DNA of 64,000 bases from Podarcis tiliguerta (Eukaryota), in the NCBI GenBank assembly GCA_965153285.1, contig OZ229116.1; one strand, 5' to 3'. Under the pieces are notes generated by a model. It saw nothing but the letters and a program-made list of their open reading frames with translations, was not told the DNA's origin and did not search any database. The stretch's first letter is position 1; every line of letters begins with the position of its first letter. Positions 37,409-49,653 of the stretch are shown here, one piece after another. The position numbers and the translations under genes are program-made.

Positions 37409-40400
37409 TACATCAGTTCGGTCAGAGTTTTGGAGTCATAAAACATTAGAACTTTTGTTTCAATAGCCTTGTAGCACATTCTTAAACCCGGGGTGGTGGT
37501 GGTGGTACAGGGTTCAGATAGATGAATCAGAAGATAAATCAGAAAAAGACTATTTGCTTACTTAGTAAAGCATTCTTAGTAGGGCTCAGGTCATAAATTA
37601 ATAAAAATATAAGAAGTAATTATTCTGATCCTAGTCTCAGTGAGAAATGTATTCTTAATAGATGATACAAGTGTTTATTAAAACTAATGGATGATAGACA
37701 CAGTGGACAATTTAGTTTTCCATTTAGTATACTGCAGTAGTAATATGTGGATTATTTTACCCAAACCACATACTGTATTTCTGACTATCAATAATAATAA
37801 GGCAGAATACAACATCCCCTGTGCCCCCCATCTGCACCAGAGGATCCCACAGATCACTCCCCAGAGCAGATGTTGAGGGATGACATGAGGCTTCAGGGGT
37901 GGGGGGAAGAAGAAGGTGAAGTCCCATTGCATTAGCACGCAGTTTTGGATACAACCCATAATCATTAAAACTGTGTGTGTTTCCTATTTAGAGTTTTAAG
38001 GGAACCAGGGGGGAAATGATCACTCTGAAAACTCCTGTTTACTTTAGTGGTCCTCATAACATTCATATTGGCTCTAAACTATCTCCTTCATAAGATGTCT
38101 GATGTATTTTTGCACTATGAAATCATGGGAACTGAATTCTATTATGTGTAGGCCATTTAAGGTGCATCTAAGCAGTCACCATAACTAATGGATAAAGTCT
38201 GCTGAAAGCCAGTTCTCAAGATTTTCATTCTGCACACTTTTTAACCTTGAAAATGTGTGGCTTTCTGTTTCTGGGTCCTCAGAACAAATTCTTCTTTGTA
38301 CTTTATAGGTGGACATATGTGATGGATGATTTCCTTAGCTAGTCTGTGGCCCTGAAAACAGTGCAGCTAAGAAATATTCATGGTAACAGGTCTTAGTGCT
38401 ATGGGCCCACCTGTGCTAAAGTTGCTTGACTTGGATCTAGTTCTGTTTATAGTATATTGGCTGGAGAACTGCCTAGTTGTAGTGTTTTTGCTGTATGGCT
38501 TTGTTTATCTGATCCCTTTGGGAAAAATCTAAAACATTAAAGCCTTGGGTTCTAATAAAATATACATATATGCCTTATATTCTATATAACAGCAGATTTT
38601 ATTCTGTTTTGGCAACTAACCACCATTCAATTTCAATGAAAATGTACACTCACCTTTAGCATCACTGTGACATTAATCCAGAATCATACAGGCTGAAAGA
38701 TACAGAACTACAGTGAAGTAAAATGCAAGTGAGCAGCCTGGTTCACATTTGTAGCACTTTTATCTGGGGGAGAAGGTGAATCCCTGCTAGACATTTTACA
38801 ACAGCATCCTTATGTAGATTCATTCAAATCCAAGCACTTTTTCAAAGCTACTGTTATGAATTTTCCTATCTTTAATGTGCCGTACCTACACAAATCAGAT
38901 AGTAAATCTTCTCATTTATCCTGGCTTTCTTCTGAATTTCAGAAATAGCAGTTACACATTTCTAGTTTCCCACTCCAGTAAAAGATGCGAAAGAACCTAT
39001 ATTCTACATAGCCTATATACAAGGCACACATATTGCGGAGCCATTGTGGTATACTTAGGGAGCAATCTTATGCACAAGAAGATGGCATAAAGCATACCGC
39101 TGCTAAGTTAAGTAGGCATGAAGTTACACCAGATCCAAACACCACTCAGCAGCACAGCTGCTGTTGCTGCTCTGCCTAAGCCTGGTAGAAGCAGGGGGAC
39201 AACCTTTTAAAATAGTATTTGATGCTGGGTTGCTAGGTCTTGTGACAGAGCTGAACTCAGTCCTAAATCCCCCCTCTGGACCTGCCTACCCACCCACTTT
39301 GGGGGGACTGAGCCCCAGCGGAGCCAGGATGAGCAAGTTATGCTAGTTCATCTTCAGCTGAGCAGGGGCTCGGCTTTAACACTGGCCAAGCCCAGCTGAT
39401 CTTGCCACAATATTGCCTCCCTTAGTGACATATTTGACTAAGTGAAACTAGAATGCCACACCTGATAAAATGCTTATTTTAGGAATGTCATTTGCTTACA
39501 TCATATTTTGATTCCCAAACACCACATTTGCCTTGATCCCTTGGTCTATTGGGGAGGGTGATGAATGCAAGGCTATCAATGAATGCAAGGGTGACCTATC
39601 CTTGCACCTTTTGATGTAATGCCTTGAACTGTATGTCTTAAAAAATTTCTCCCATAGGTTGTGTGACACCAAATAGGAAGTAAATGCAGAAACACCCATT
39701 AATTTTCAATCTAGTCACTCAGTGGTCTTGGTTAACTCATGTTTGTTTCAAATACCCAAATAATTTAGGAATTATTTAGAAAGGAACACTGATAGCATGA
39801 CATTTTTGACAGTGCCCTCACAGCTACAGGTTTCCCTCCTCAGGTAAATACCCACATACTGACTTTTAAAAGAATGTTGACATTGATTTCTAAAAGAGCC
39901 ATGAACTTTATTTTTTAAAGATCTATGTTTGTTTGATGTGCTCGTTCTTGAATTTTATTTGTTGCTGCTCATATAGGGTTATTTGGAAAGTTTGTTTTAT
40001 GTGGTTTTATGTTTTTTTTAAAAAAAAAATCCTTCTGAACCACCTTGGGAGAGCTGTGGTCTGAAAGGGAGGTTAGGAATAAATAAACCACAAATAAATA
40101 ATACCTACACCGTAGTTCGCCAGGGACAGCTACCAGGAAAAGTGGGATTTTTCTTGGGTCATTTGGCTCAGAAATCAGCATATGTAGTACTAGCAGCAGC
40201 ATAATGGTGACTGTGATAGAACTAGTCAGGTGAATAAAATGTAGACCTTAGGCATTTCCCTTCATTATTTTTTTAGACAGAAAAGCTTCAAATTCTTTGG
40301 ATTTCTGAGAAACCTGAACGCATTATGTGAGAGAAAATCCAGAAATCGCAATCTATTCAGCTGAAGCGCTCCTCTAACAGACATAAGTTTATTAAAGCCC

Positions 40401-42395
40401 TTTATGAAATACTCTATCTGACTACTACTGAGAAGTTAATCACAATATGAAGCTGTGACTGGGTATCAGGATTTCCTCCAATAAGCTCTGTGATCTGCAC
40501 AGAAGGCTCCACTGTAGCGCTTCTGTGCTTTACATGTTCAGGCTTGGACCCACAAAAACCACTTTAAGCTGAAAAGAAAGGCAAGAAACACAGTAATCAG
40601 AATTTAACCTAATGCAGGAGCATGAAAGGATCTATATAATCATGTGCTTAGTGAAAGCTGCTTGTGCGGTAATTCTCACTAAGCACTCGTTCCTAACTTC
40701 CTTAGTAAAGGCACTGCTTAAAAAGATGGCAAAACTATTCTTGTCAGCAACTAAAATTACTGCAAGGACAGCAATTCTTAAAATACTTTTTGGGGTTTTT
40801 TAAAAAAAAACATTTCAAAGCTCAGTGCAGTTGCTTTACACTAATCTAGCAGTTTGGAGAAAACTGCTGGAATGACGATAGAGGTATTCCACATTTAATG
40901 ACATGGCTTATTAACTTCTTTCATCTTTTTCCAGAAACTGTATCTTGTGTTGTGTGGACCATAGGGTAAAAATGCATCCTGCTAGATTTAGGCTGCAATT
41001 CTGTAGCCACTTTCAGGCTACAGTGGGATTTGTTACTGAGTAGACATGTGCAGGGTTGCATTGTTTGTGACTCGTTGCAAGCAGAGAGGGCACACATTTC
41101 CAGCTTCAGAGAGGCAGTAGCCATAATCTCTGTGTATGGGAAATGCAGACATTTAGCAGTCTGGCCCCTATAAAACAGAAATACTGTACGCTCCTGCAGA
41201 TTTTAGGGGTGGGCTGAATGAGGTGAAAAGGAACAACATACTGGATCCTTTTGTTTGTGCTCACTTTTGTTAATAAATATTGGTAAAATAGAAAAGAGAA
41301 TCTACATAATATAAGGCCTAGACAGTGCTCCCCACCCCCTAGAAAAATAGGTCCTGGTACTCACCATGAAGGTGTTACAGCAAGTGCCACACTTTTTAAC
41401 AACCAAAAAGAGGCATGCATACCATTGAGTAACCCCTGATATAAAAAGCACTGGGCCTGGATGATATTATATGGACCAAATATCCATATTTACCAGGGAT
41501 TGTCTGGTTTTTCTGGGGCTATGCTGAACATTTCTCCTTTTCCTACTCAGCCATTCCCCTTTCACTTAACAAGATAATAAAATGTATTTGAAAATTATCA
41601 AAAGGCAGATATCATAGGTGTTTTGTCAAACTTATTTTTATTTACAAGGTGTCTGTTGGATGTTTTCAAGTGGCCTTCCTTTACTTCAACAAATCACCTC
41701 TCCAGTGGTCTGCATTCTGTAGCCCTCCCAGGGGTCTTTGTTTCAATCGAAGCCCAGAGGAAGACATCATGAAGTAACTTCCTTCAGGAATTGCTGATAG
41801 CCAGGGACACTGCAGTCTGCTAAAGGAAATGTTTACTGGCAAGAAAATACTGACTCCCCCCCCCCCACACCCCACCCCAGGCCACCTTATAGTGATAAGG
41901 CAAAACCCAACACTGCAAGAAATTATCAAGTGCGCTGAGAATGAGAAAAATGGAAGCATGTTTCACAGGGCAAGAACACTTATGAGAAATTGGAGGATGG
42001 ATGTTGGTATTGAACTAGAATTTTCTAGTAACTGTCCTGGGAGAATGACTGTCCTTTTGCTTTTGATGCCAGAGATATTCAAGTTTCACTCTCCAATCTC
42101 TAGAGCTTGAAGGGGAGGAAGGAATGAATCCCAACTCCCATGCAAATAGATGCAAATTTCAAAACACTAGTGCACTATTTTCCTACCACCTCCCCATAAC
42201 TCTCAAACATCCTTATGCATTGCTTCTTTCCACATATACTTTTATTAGTTTAGGATATTAATAAAATACTAATGAAAGGATGGAGCAGCTCTAAAGCCTT
42301 ACTATGACCTAAAGAGGGCATGGGAACTCCAACTCCCTTCTGTCCCAGGCATAATGGTCAAAAGTCCAGAATGACGGGAATCGTAGTTCAACATT

Positions 42396-43133
42396 TGCAC
42401 TTCGAGGACCTCAGGTAACCCCCCAGAAATAAATTCACACAGACTCAAATTTTAGTTTAAAATTAATGGGCAAATTTAGGCCACAACTTTATTGATTACA
42501 CAATGTGAGCAGTATTGGCTTAGGCATTGACAAACTAAAACTGACCCCTTCCAGGAGGTCTGGATGGGTAGACCAAACGAGGGAGCTAAATCGATGCAAA
42601 TCAGCTGTAGCTCACCCCAGGTTTCCTGTGGTCCTGGCATGCCCCTAGCCCCTCAAGCGGACTTTGGACGAGATCCAGAACCCCCAGATTCCTTTAACGG
42701 AATACCCTTTTTTAAGGAGGAGCAGGTGATGGCCACACCTTCCCTCCCCCAACCACACTAAGTCAATACCTAACCGCCAAACCTTACAAAGTTGTGACGA
42801 TTGCTAGGAGGTAGGTGAGAACCCAAATGGCCAGTGCCAATCTGCCAAGTGGACAAAATTCCTACCAGGCCCCTGCCACAAAACAGGTGACCAACTGAAG
42901 TCCCAAGCAAGGCCAGAGCACAGAAACCAAAGAGGGCGGGTGGGCAGGTGTTTGGCAGTGTGAAGCAACTGGCTCTGACATGTCACGCTGCCGTTTATAA
43001 ACCCTCACCCTCCCCAACTTGCAAAACAACCTGATTGGGTGCTGGAAATGGGGTGACCGAGAGACCACCCCAGGAATGCCTGGGCTAAGCCCTGCTTCCG
43101 GATGCCATGAGGCGCCCCAAGGTCCTGAGTGCA
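42396..43133 (-). mobile_element. Solo-LTR-like element (738 bp)
   Basis: TG...CA ends with inverted repeat TGCACT(TCG/C)AGGACCT. On the minus strand, CCAAT (43034-43038), TATAAA (about 42994-42999) and AATAAA (42488-42493) occur in LTR order. Confidence 0.65.
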
Positions 43134-44139
43134 ATTAGGACCCTCTTTGAAGAGGATCCCATATCCAGGACTGCAACTTCCTTCCTCCAGGCAAGAGGTG
43201 GATCTAGCTAGAGCATGGAAGCTTTACCAGCTTGGGTTAGGAGCTGCATTTTTAAAGAGTGGGAAGATTTTTTTGGGTGGGGGGCGGGTTGCAGTTTCTT
43301 TTTCCCAAAGGGAAAATAATATGAAAAGGATTCTCTGAAGGTATCCTTTTCTGTAGGTTGGTAAATTGACAATAGTGTCTTCAGCAACAAGGAAAAGCTC
43401 TGTATCACCCTTCATGTGTTAATAATTAGAGAGACAACAGCGACTCCCTGTGCAAATTGAAGCTTTTTATCTGCAAATATTATGAGATGCAAAAGGAAAT
43501 GAAATGTATCTACAGAACACACACATCCTTTCAGGGGGTGTTTTTAAATGTGTTTGTTTCTTGTCCTGCTTTGACCATTTGCTTTGTGGAGGCGCAATAT
43601 TCATTCTTTGTCAGTGTTTAATCTTGCAGAAGCCATTTCACTTTGCTTTCCAAAGGCAGAGGTTTCCTATCAAAAGAACGTACCATAAATGATGTTAATG
43701 CATAATGATGAACTTTTTTTTCTAGCACACATTCCTTTTTATTGACATAGTTCTCTGCTACTTTCCCTTCACATATAAAATGCATTAGAAAGGCTGTATT
43801 GCCAATCCAAATAATTAAAAAAACTCAGCCAGCAATGTAAATGAATTTCACAAAACCACTATGCAAAGACACTTGAATAAAGTGTCAGGTAGCCTACATA
43901 ATATGAAATTCAAATACAGCCTTTCCTCAGGTTGGGATTCCTTTGTCAGGAGAGAGCCGCCGGACTCTTATGGTGTTATATATCCTTTTTTAAAAAACAC
44001 ACACAAATATATAAGTAGAGTTTAGGTAGAGGAAAAATTAAAAACAAAGATAAAGCACTATTTCTTTTTTCTTTGCCTGTTGAATATAGTGTTTTTCCAG
44101 TTTCCTTCTCACATTTATTATGTATATATGGCAACTTGT

Positions 44140-44450
44140 ATTTCTCCAAGGGAATCCTTCCCTCACCCCAATTCTGTCAATATTTCCAGCCTTATTTCCA
44201 GACAATCTTTTTTATTTCATTTTGTAGCTTATCTCGGCTCTCCCTAGTGTTGCAATATATCCCATTTTTATCATTGGCAAATGCCATTAAAATGCTGTTT
44301 ATCTCCTCTTCCTGATCATTAATGTAGGTGTTATAAACAACGTGGATCCTGTTTTTTGCCCCAGGGAACATTTCCTTCCATTTGATGTGTTGAAGTTTAT
44401 CATATTCCTTTATTTATGATCCTTCAGTTACTTTCCAATTCTCTTGACAA
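44140..44450 (-). mobile_element. Ancient CR1/L3-like RT relic
   Basis: Broken minus-strand translation VP.G....DP.LF.TYINDQEEEINSILMAFAND...RDKLQ, a degenerate form of the CR1 GVPQGS...INDL...KFADD region. Confidence 0.55.
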
Positions 44451-44527
44451 ACTAGGTAGGTATAATTGTCAAGAATATGGAGTATCTGGCTGCTGACTTA
44501 TTTACCTTGAGGCTTTGACTGTTTACT

Positions 44528-44579
44528 TTCTTCTTCTTCTTCTTCTTCTTCTTCTTCTTCTTCTTCTTCTTCTTCTTCT
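44528..44579. repeat. (TTC)n microsatellite, about 17 units
   Basis: Directly visible. Confidence 0.95.
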
Positions 44580-44969
44580 GTGCTAGGCTTTCTTTAGGTG
44601 TCATATAAACTGCTAGTTATCTAGTACAATTTGTATACTTTCAAATACCATCAAAATTATAGGCTCCTCTTTTCTTTAGTATAGTATTACTCTGGCTGAT
44701 TCTGTGATGTCTTGAAGCACCTGTTCCTTCAAATATATGAAGCATGACTCAGTTGGTGTCAGGCAAACAATCTAGGAAAAATGAGGGACATCTGCTGCCA
44801 CCTTATTGAGGATCCACTCTGTATTTATCAAGAGTTGCTTCGTCATATTTATCAAACACCAAGTGCTTACATCTTGTTGGCATGTAGTGAATCATGGGGC
44901 AACAGAAGTGTGTATGTCTGGAGCGGGTAGGAGAACAGCAACCGTCAGATGATGGTAATTGTGGTGCTA

Positions 44970-45150
44970 CACACCCTCCAACATTTCTCCAATAAAAATA
45001 GGGACATCCAACCATACCCTTCAACATTTCACAGATGAAAATAGGGGTGTCCTTAGGAAAAGCAGGACATTCCAGAATCAAATAGGAAACCGGGACAGCT
45101 TCTGTAAATCCAGGATTGTCCCTGGAAAATAGGGACACTTTGGGGGTCTG
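44970..45150. mobile_element. Short TIR element with a 6-bp TSD
   Basis: Ends CACACCCTCCAA / TTTGGGGGTCTG, repeated AAAATAGGGAC motifs, and GTGCTA at 44964-44969 and 45151-45156. Confidence 0.7.
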
Positions 45151-46633
45151 GTGCTATACCATGTCAACTAGTGTAAATGAAATTTAGCGTGCCATGATGG
45201 TATAACAGTCAAATAGCCACAGCTGTATAAGGCAATGGGTGCTGCTGTTTAAAAGGAACGTTAGAAATTGGGACAGTTTGTATCCATTAAAATAACACAA
45301 TAAACCCCTGTCTGAATGCAGTCTTCATGGCTACATTGAGCTGGACTGCCTTTAAATAACATAACCAATTCAATATTAATGGCAAACAACTGGTTTGTTA
45401 ATTGTGCATCCAGCACGTGCAGTTCATGAACACAGAAGTACTAGAGCTTGTGTTAGAAAAGGATTGTTTAATAGGACATCTGAAATAGGAATGTTTGTGG
45501 AACTGGATTCTTTGTGAATTCTGGTATCAAGGGAGCTGATTCGAGCCACCTGGATTAATGTATAGAATTGAATTAGTTATCCACTGGCTTTCACCCTTCC
45601 CAAACATTGCATTTCAATCACAGTTTTTCACACAAACACACCCACACCCACCCGCACACACACCCAGAGTATATACACATTTTTAAATTAAGTTTTAGAT
45701 AGAACACATTTAGAAATCTATTTCTTTGAGAAAGCATATCATTGGAATACATGTTTTCATATGGACATTTTCATATGGACTTAAAAAAATAATAATAATT
45801 ATAATTGGCACAGAAAAAAGACTGAAAATGTATTGAAAGCAGATTTATTCATCCATTCCCTAGTCTGAAAGGGGTTAGCTATGCACATAGAGCTGTAATT
45901 GTACAGAGGCTACATGTGATCAGGAATTCTGACCGTGCTGGATTTTTTATCAACTGGAGGGCCTCAATATTTAGATTGTATGCATACATGTTGACTGTAT
46001 GCACTCAGTCTCAGCTATTTCACTGAATATGTGGACATCAAGTGGGATGACAGATGGATCTCTTATTGTTATAAGAAATAAGAACAAAGCCTCCTTTACT
46101 TAAGAGAAAGGAATGTGGGTGATTATCGTCTGTGCTCACAGGTATCCTTGCGTTTCTCTGCCAATAAGCGCATTGAAGAACTATATTTAGTTTTCATAGC
46201 CACGTTCACTCCCAGTTATGTATCTCCGAGAGAAAGTTTCATTCTTCACTTTTAAGGAGATCTGTAAAACTTCAGGAACGCCTTGGTGCTACACCACATA
46301 AAAGTAATTTAACGAAGTGTAATGAGGAAACTCTCAAACTGTAGTGTCCATTGCTTTTACTTTGACACCTCCACATAAAAGAGGACGCATGCCCTGAAAA
46401 CTCAAAGTACCATGTTATATGGAGTTTTGTGTGCTGTTATTCTATATCCTGCAGCTAAAGGGAGAACAGCATAGCCTGTGCTTTCAAATATCAAATCCAC
46501 TGAATTTCATATTTCATCAGATCCCTAAAGGCAGAAGGTGTACACATGCTGTTATGTCCTACATTCTGGCTTTCCAAGACAGCCCAGAAAATGTCCTCAA
46601 GCCATATATATATGGCAATATATGGTTTACCAA

Positions 46634-46810
46634 GAAGGTAAACGGCGTTTCCCTGCGCTGCTCTGGTTTGCCAGAAGCGGCTTAGTCATGCTGGCCACAT
46701 GACCCGGAAGCTGTACGCCGGCTCCCTCGGCCAATAAAGCGAGATGAGCGTCGCAACCCCAGGGTCGGTCACAACTGGACCTAATGGTCAGAGGTCCCTT
46801 TACCTTTACC
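46634..46810 (+). mobile_element. Sauria SINE, 3' half
   Basis: Matches 2684-2876; (ACCTTT)n tail. Confidence 0.88.
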
Positions 46811-48299
46811 TCTTACTGTACCTATGCAGTTCTATTATTCAAATAGGAACTATTGAGAAAAGGATTTAGGTCAGGACTGCAGTAGGGAAGGAGAGTTGAA
46901 TACTTTCCTTATCCAAATGACTTCCTCACACCGTTGTTAGTCAAAAAGAGGGATGCATAATAGCTCATTTCTCTTGCTCCCTTCATATGCTTTACAGGAG
47001 AAGAAATTATGTGGGCGGAAAGATCTCTCTCTCTCTCTCCACCTTCACATGAATATTCATTCTCCTCTACCCCCTGCAAAAGAGAAAACAAAACAAAACC
47101 CTACACAGCCTTCAGGAAAGTTCTAGAACATTACTTGGTGAGATCCAGTCACAGAACAACTAATTTTGGCCCTAAGAAACTCAAGCTATAGAACAAATTG
47201 GCGGAAAGGGGCTGTGGAGGATTTGCAGAGGAAGCCTGGGTACAAAACTGTCAGAGACACTTTAAGTGAAGGTTATTTTGTTTTAAATAAAGATTGAATT
47301 AAATTACCAATATTGTCTCTTACCAATTCTACTACACTATAGTTAAGATGGCAGGCAAATTGTCCCTTTACCAGCAGCTTTCCACTTAGCCTATACTCTT
47401 CAGGTTTCTGTTTCTGTCTAACAAGTAAGTATAATAGTACAAACACTGATATTTGCAATTCCGTTTGCTTTTTGCTTCTCCATTTTTGCCTCAATGGTAA
47501 TTCATTTGAGATTTCCTGTCTGGTGTTTCTTTTGCTTTTGTTCTTAAAAACAAAGTAGCTGATGGACTTGTTTTCCTTATCACAATGCCAGCTTTCGGGT
47601 ATTGAAATGTTTCAATTGATTAAACGACGCGGAGGCCATAAAATAAACACCTAATAGAAACATGGTAAATAAATAAGAGGCAGGGCTCTCTTTGCACCGG
47701 ATGCCATTTGAATGCATTTGATGGCTTTTAGATCACTACATTTTGTGCTGATCAGCCAGATGGATAAAGTGACAGAGAATAATAGTTCTGAGCCAATTTT
47801 ATACTGGCTGTAGATTGTGCAAACAAAAATACAGCAGGGGAATTTAATTTGGAAGACTGACTCTATTCCTGAAAGATGAAATGGAATGGGATCATTTTCT
47901 GAAGAGCTGGATTAACATTAAAGTGTTTTACTATCTTATTATCTAATGTTATACATAAAGTTTTATGTCCACCAGCTTAGCATTTTAAAGATCTTTAATA
48001 CTGTGACAATAAAATTGAGTGCTGCAGCTAATTTTATATTCCATAATAAAAAAAATAAATCTGTGCTGGGAAATCAGTCATTTTTTAAGCTCTTAATAAA
48101 AAGGGAAAATGCCCAGATGTGAATAGTATTTGGTTTTTTGCAACATGCTTGATTACCATAGTTAAGTTGAATATTGATTCACACTTGAACCTGCTATATT
48201 TTTACTTTTTCAGGTTCTGCCAGTGAGAAAATTAATTAGGAGTTTAACAAGAAGTCACACTTAATTATGAATAGATATCGGCTGTTACAGAGATCTATG

Positions 48300-49159
48300 T
48301 TTTAACGCAGATAAATTAGATTTATTTCAATTTGCTATTTCAAAATAAATACTTTTGCTGAGAGTAAAGTATATGTACAGCCACAACAAAGACAAATCAC
48401 AAATTATGTGCACCTATTAATTTGTCTGAGGAAATGTAGGTGAAAGTATCAGAGAGAGAGAAATGTGAAAAATAAAATGTCTGTCACAACCGAGTTTCAG
48501 ATTTCTCTAGATAATTCTAGAATTGGCAGTGAAACACATTGGTTTTTTTCTTTCTCTCCAAGATTTCAGGTGTTTCTGTATTCACTATAAACTGTACAAA
48601 ATTCCATACTGTATGAAATACATATACATTTTTGATTGTGATTATTAATTTGTAGCCAGCAGAATTTTGTAAATAGCTGAAAAGCTTAAACTGCACAGAA
48701 TACTGAAAGAAAATTAAGTTTTTCTGAACTTGTAATGTTGAATGTCTTTTTCTGAAGAGGAAAAAATAGCACATACTGATAATCTGAGATGATCATTTTA
48801 AGCAAGGATGTCTTTTCAAATGCAATATCCCTGTGCACAGAAAATAATGTCTCAACAACAGGTGCACCAACTCACAATTTGCTTATATCAGAATCTTCCA
48901 TTTTTGAAGGGAAGGTGGGCCTTTATTCTAGCATCGTTTCTGCAAGATGCTGCCAGTACACAAATATATTTCTAACAACCATATGCCAAAAATACAATTT
49001 AAATAATAAGACTTGTGCTGTATTTCAAAACGGCTTGGCTTTGCCATCTGTGTTGATATTTCCAACTTTCTTTGATACAATAAGAGAGTTGCAGTCTTTT
49101 GTAACTATTGCCACAGTCATGTCTGCTGGACTTTCCCATAATGTCACAATTAGCAGTGC
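48300..49159 (-). other. CDH19: Probable CDH19 3' UTR with candidate polyadenylation signals
   Basis: AT-rich and repeat-free after the stop codon. AATAAA on the minus strand at 48922-48927 and 48321-48326. The true transcript end is unknown. Confidence 0.5.
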
Positions 49160-49653
49160 CTATGGCTTTGCCCTCTTTGCAGAGCCCCACGGGCTTCTTA
49201 CATACTTGAAGCGAGATCCCAGTTCAGGAACATAGTCATAACTTTCATCCTGTTCAGAAGAACTTGATCCTAGGGAGCTAAGCGATCCAGCCACTGACCC
49301 AGTACCTTCAAAAGCATATATCTGAAGGGAATCATAAGGGGGAACATCGGGATCAGAGTTGGCTTCTTCTAACTTCATGGTAATGAATTCCCGGAAAACA
49401 GCACTCTCGGGGCCAACCTGCAGAGATTGCCTGTAAAGGCTCTGGATCTGTGTTGTGATATTTCTTCGAGGTTTGTGTTCTCTGAGGACAGTTTGGTTCC
49501 TCAGGGCTGAAATATCAAAAGCCTCCGTGTCCTGCTCCCCACCTCCTTCGTCGTCATACTTCACAATGTTTTCTCTGAACGCTTCTCCTCCTTTCTTGTG
49601 AAATAGAGATTGCTTTGTCTGCTGCTTCAAGGCCACAATTGCTAGAATAAAAA
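49160..49653 (-). CDS. CDH19: Cadherin-19 last coding exon (end of TM and cytoplasmic domain, stop TAG)
   Basis: Lies inside ORF 49160..49717. Acceptor ttggcag|TT. Motifs RENIVKYDDEGGGEQDTEAFD and PPYDSLQIYAFEGTGSVAGSLSSL are present. SLYRQSLQVGP and DESYDY..ELG.RFK point to CDH19 among type II cadherins. Confidence 0.95.

Noticed and set aside
48789-49235. 148-aa plus-strand ORF overlapping the CDH19 stop
   Set aside because: Antisense to CDH19, no recognisable domain, and of a length expected by chance.
49528-49560. GGGEQD instead of GGGEED in the p120-binding core
   Set aside because: The middle position is tolerant (VE-cadherin has EMD), so it is not evidence of lost binding.
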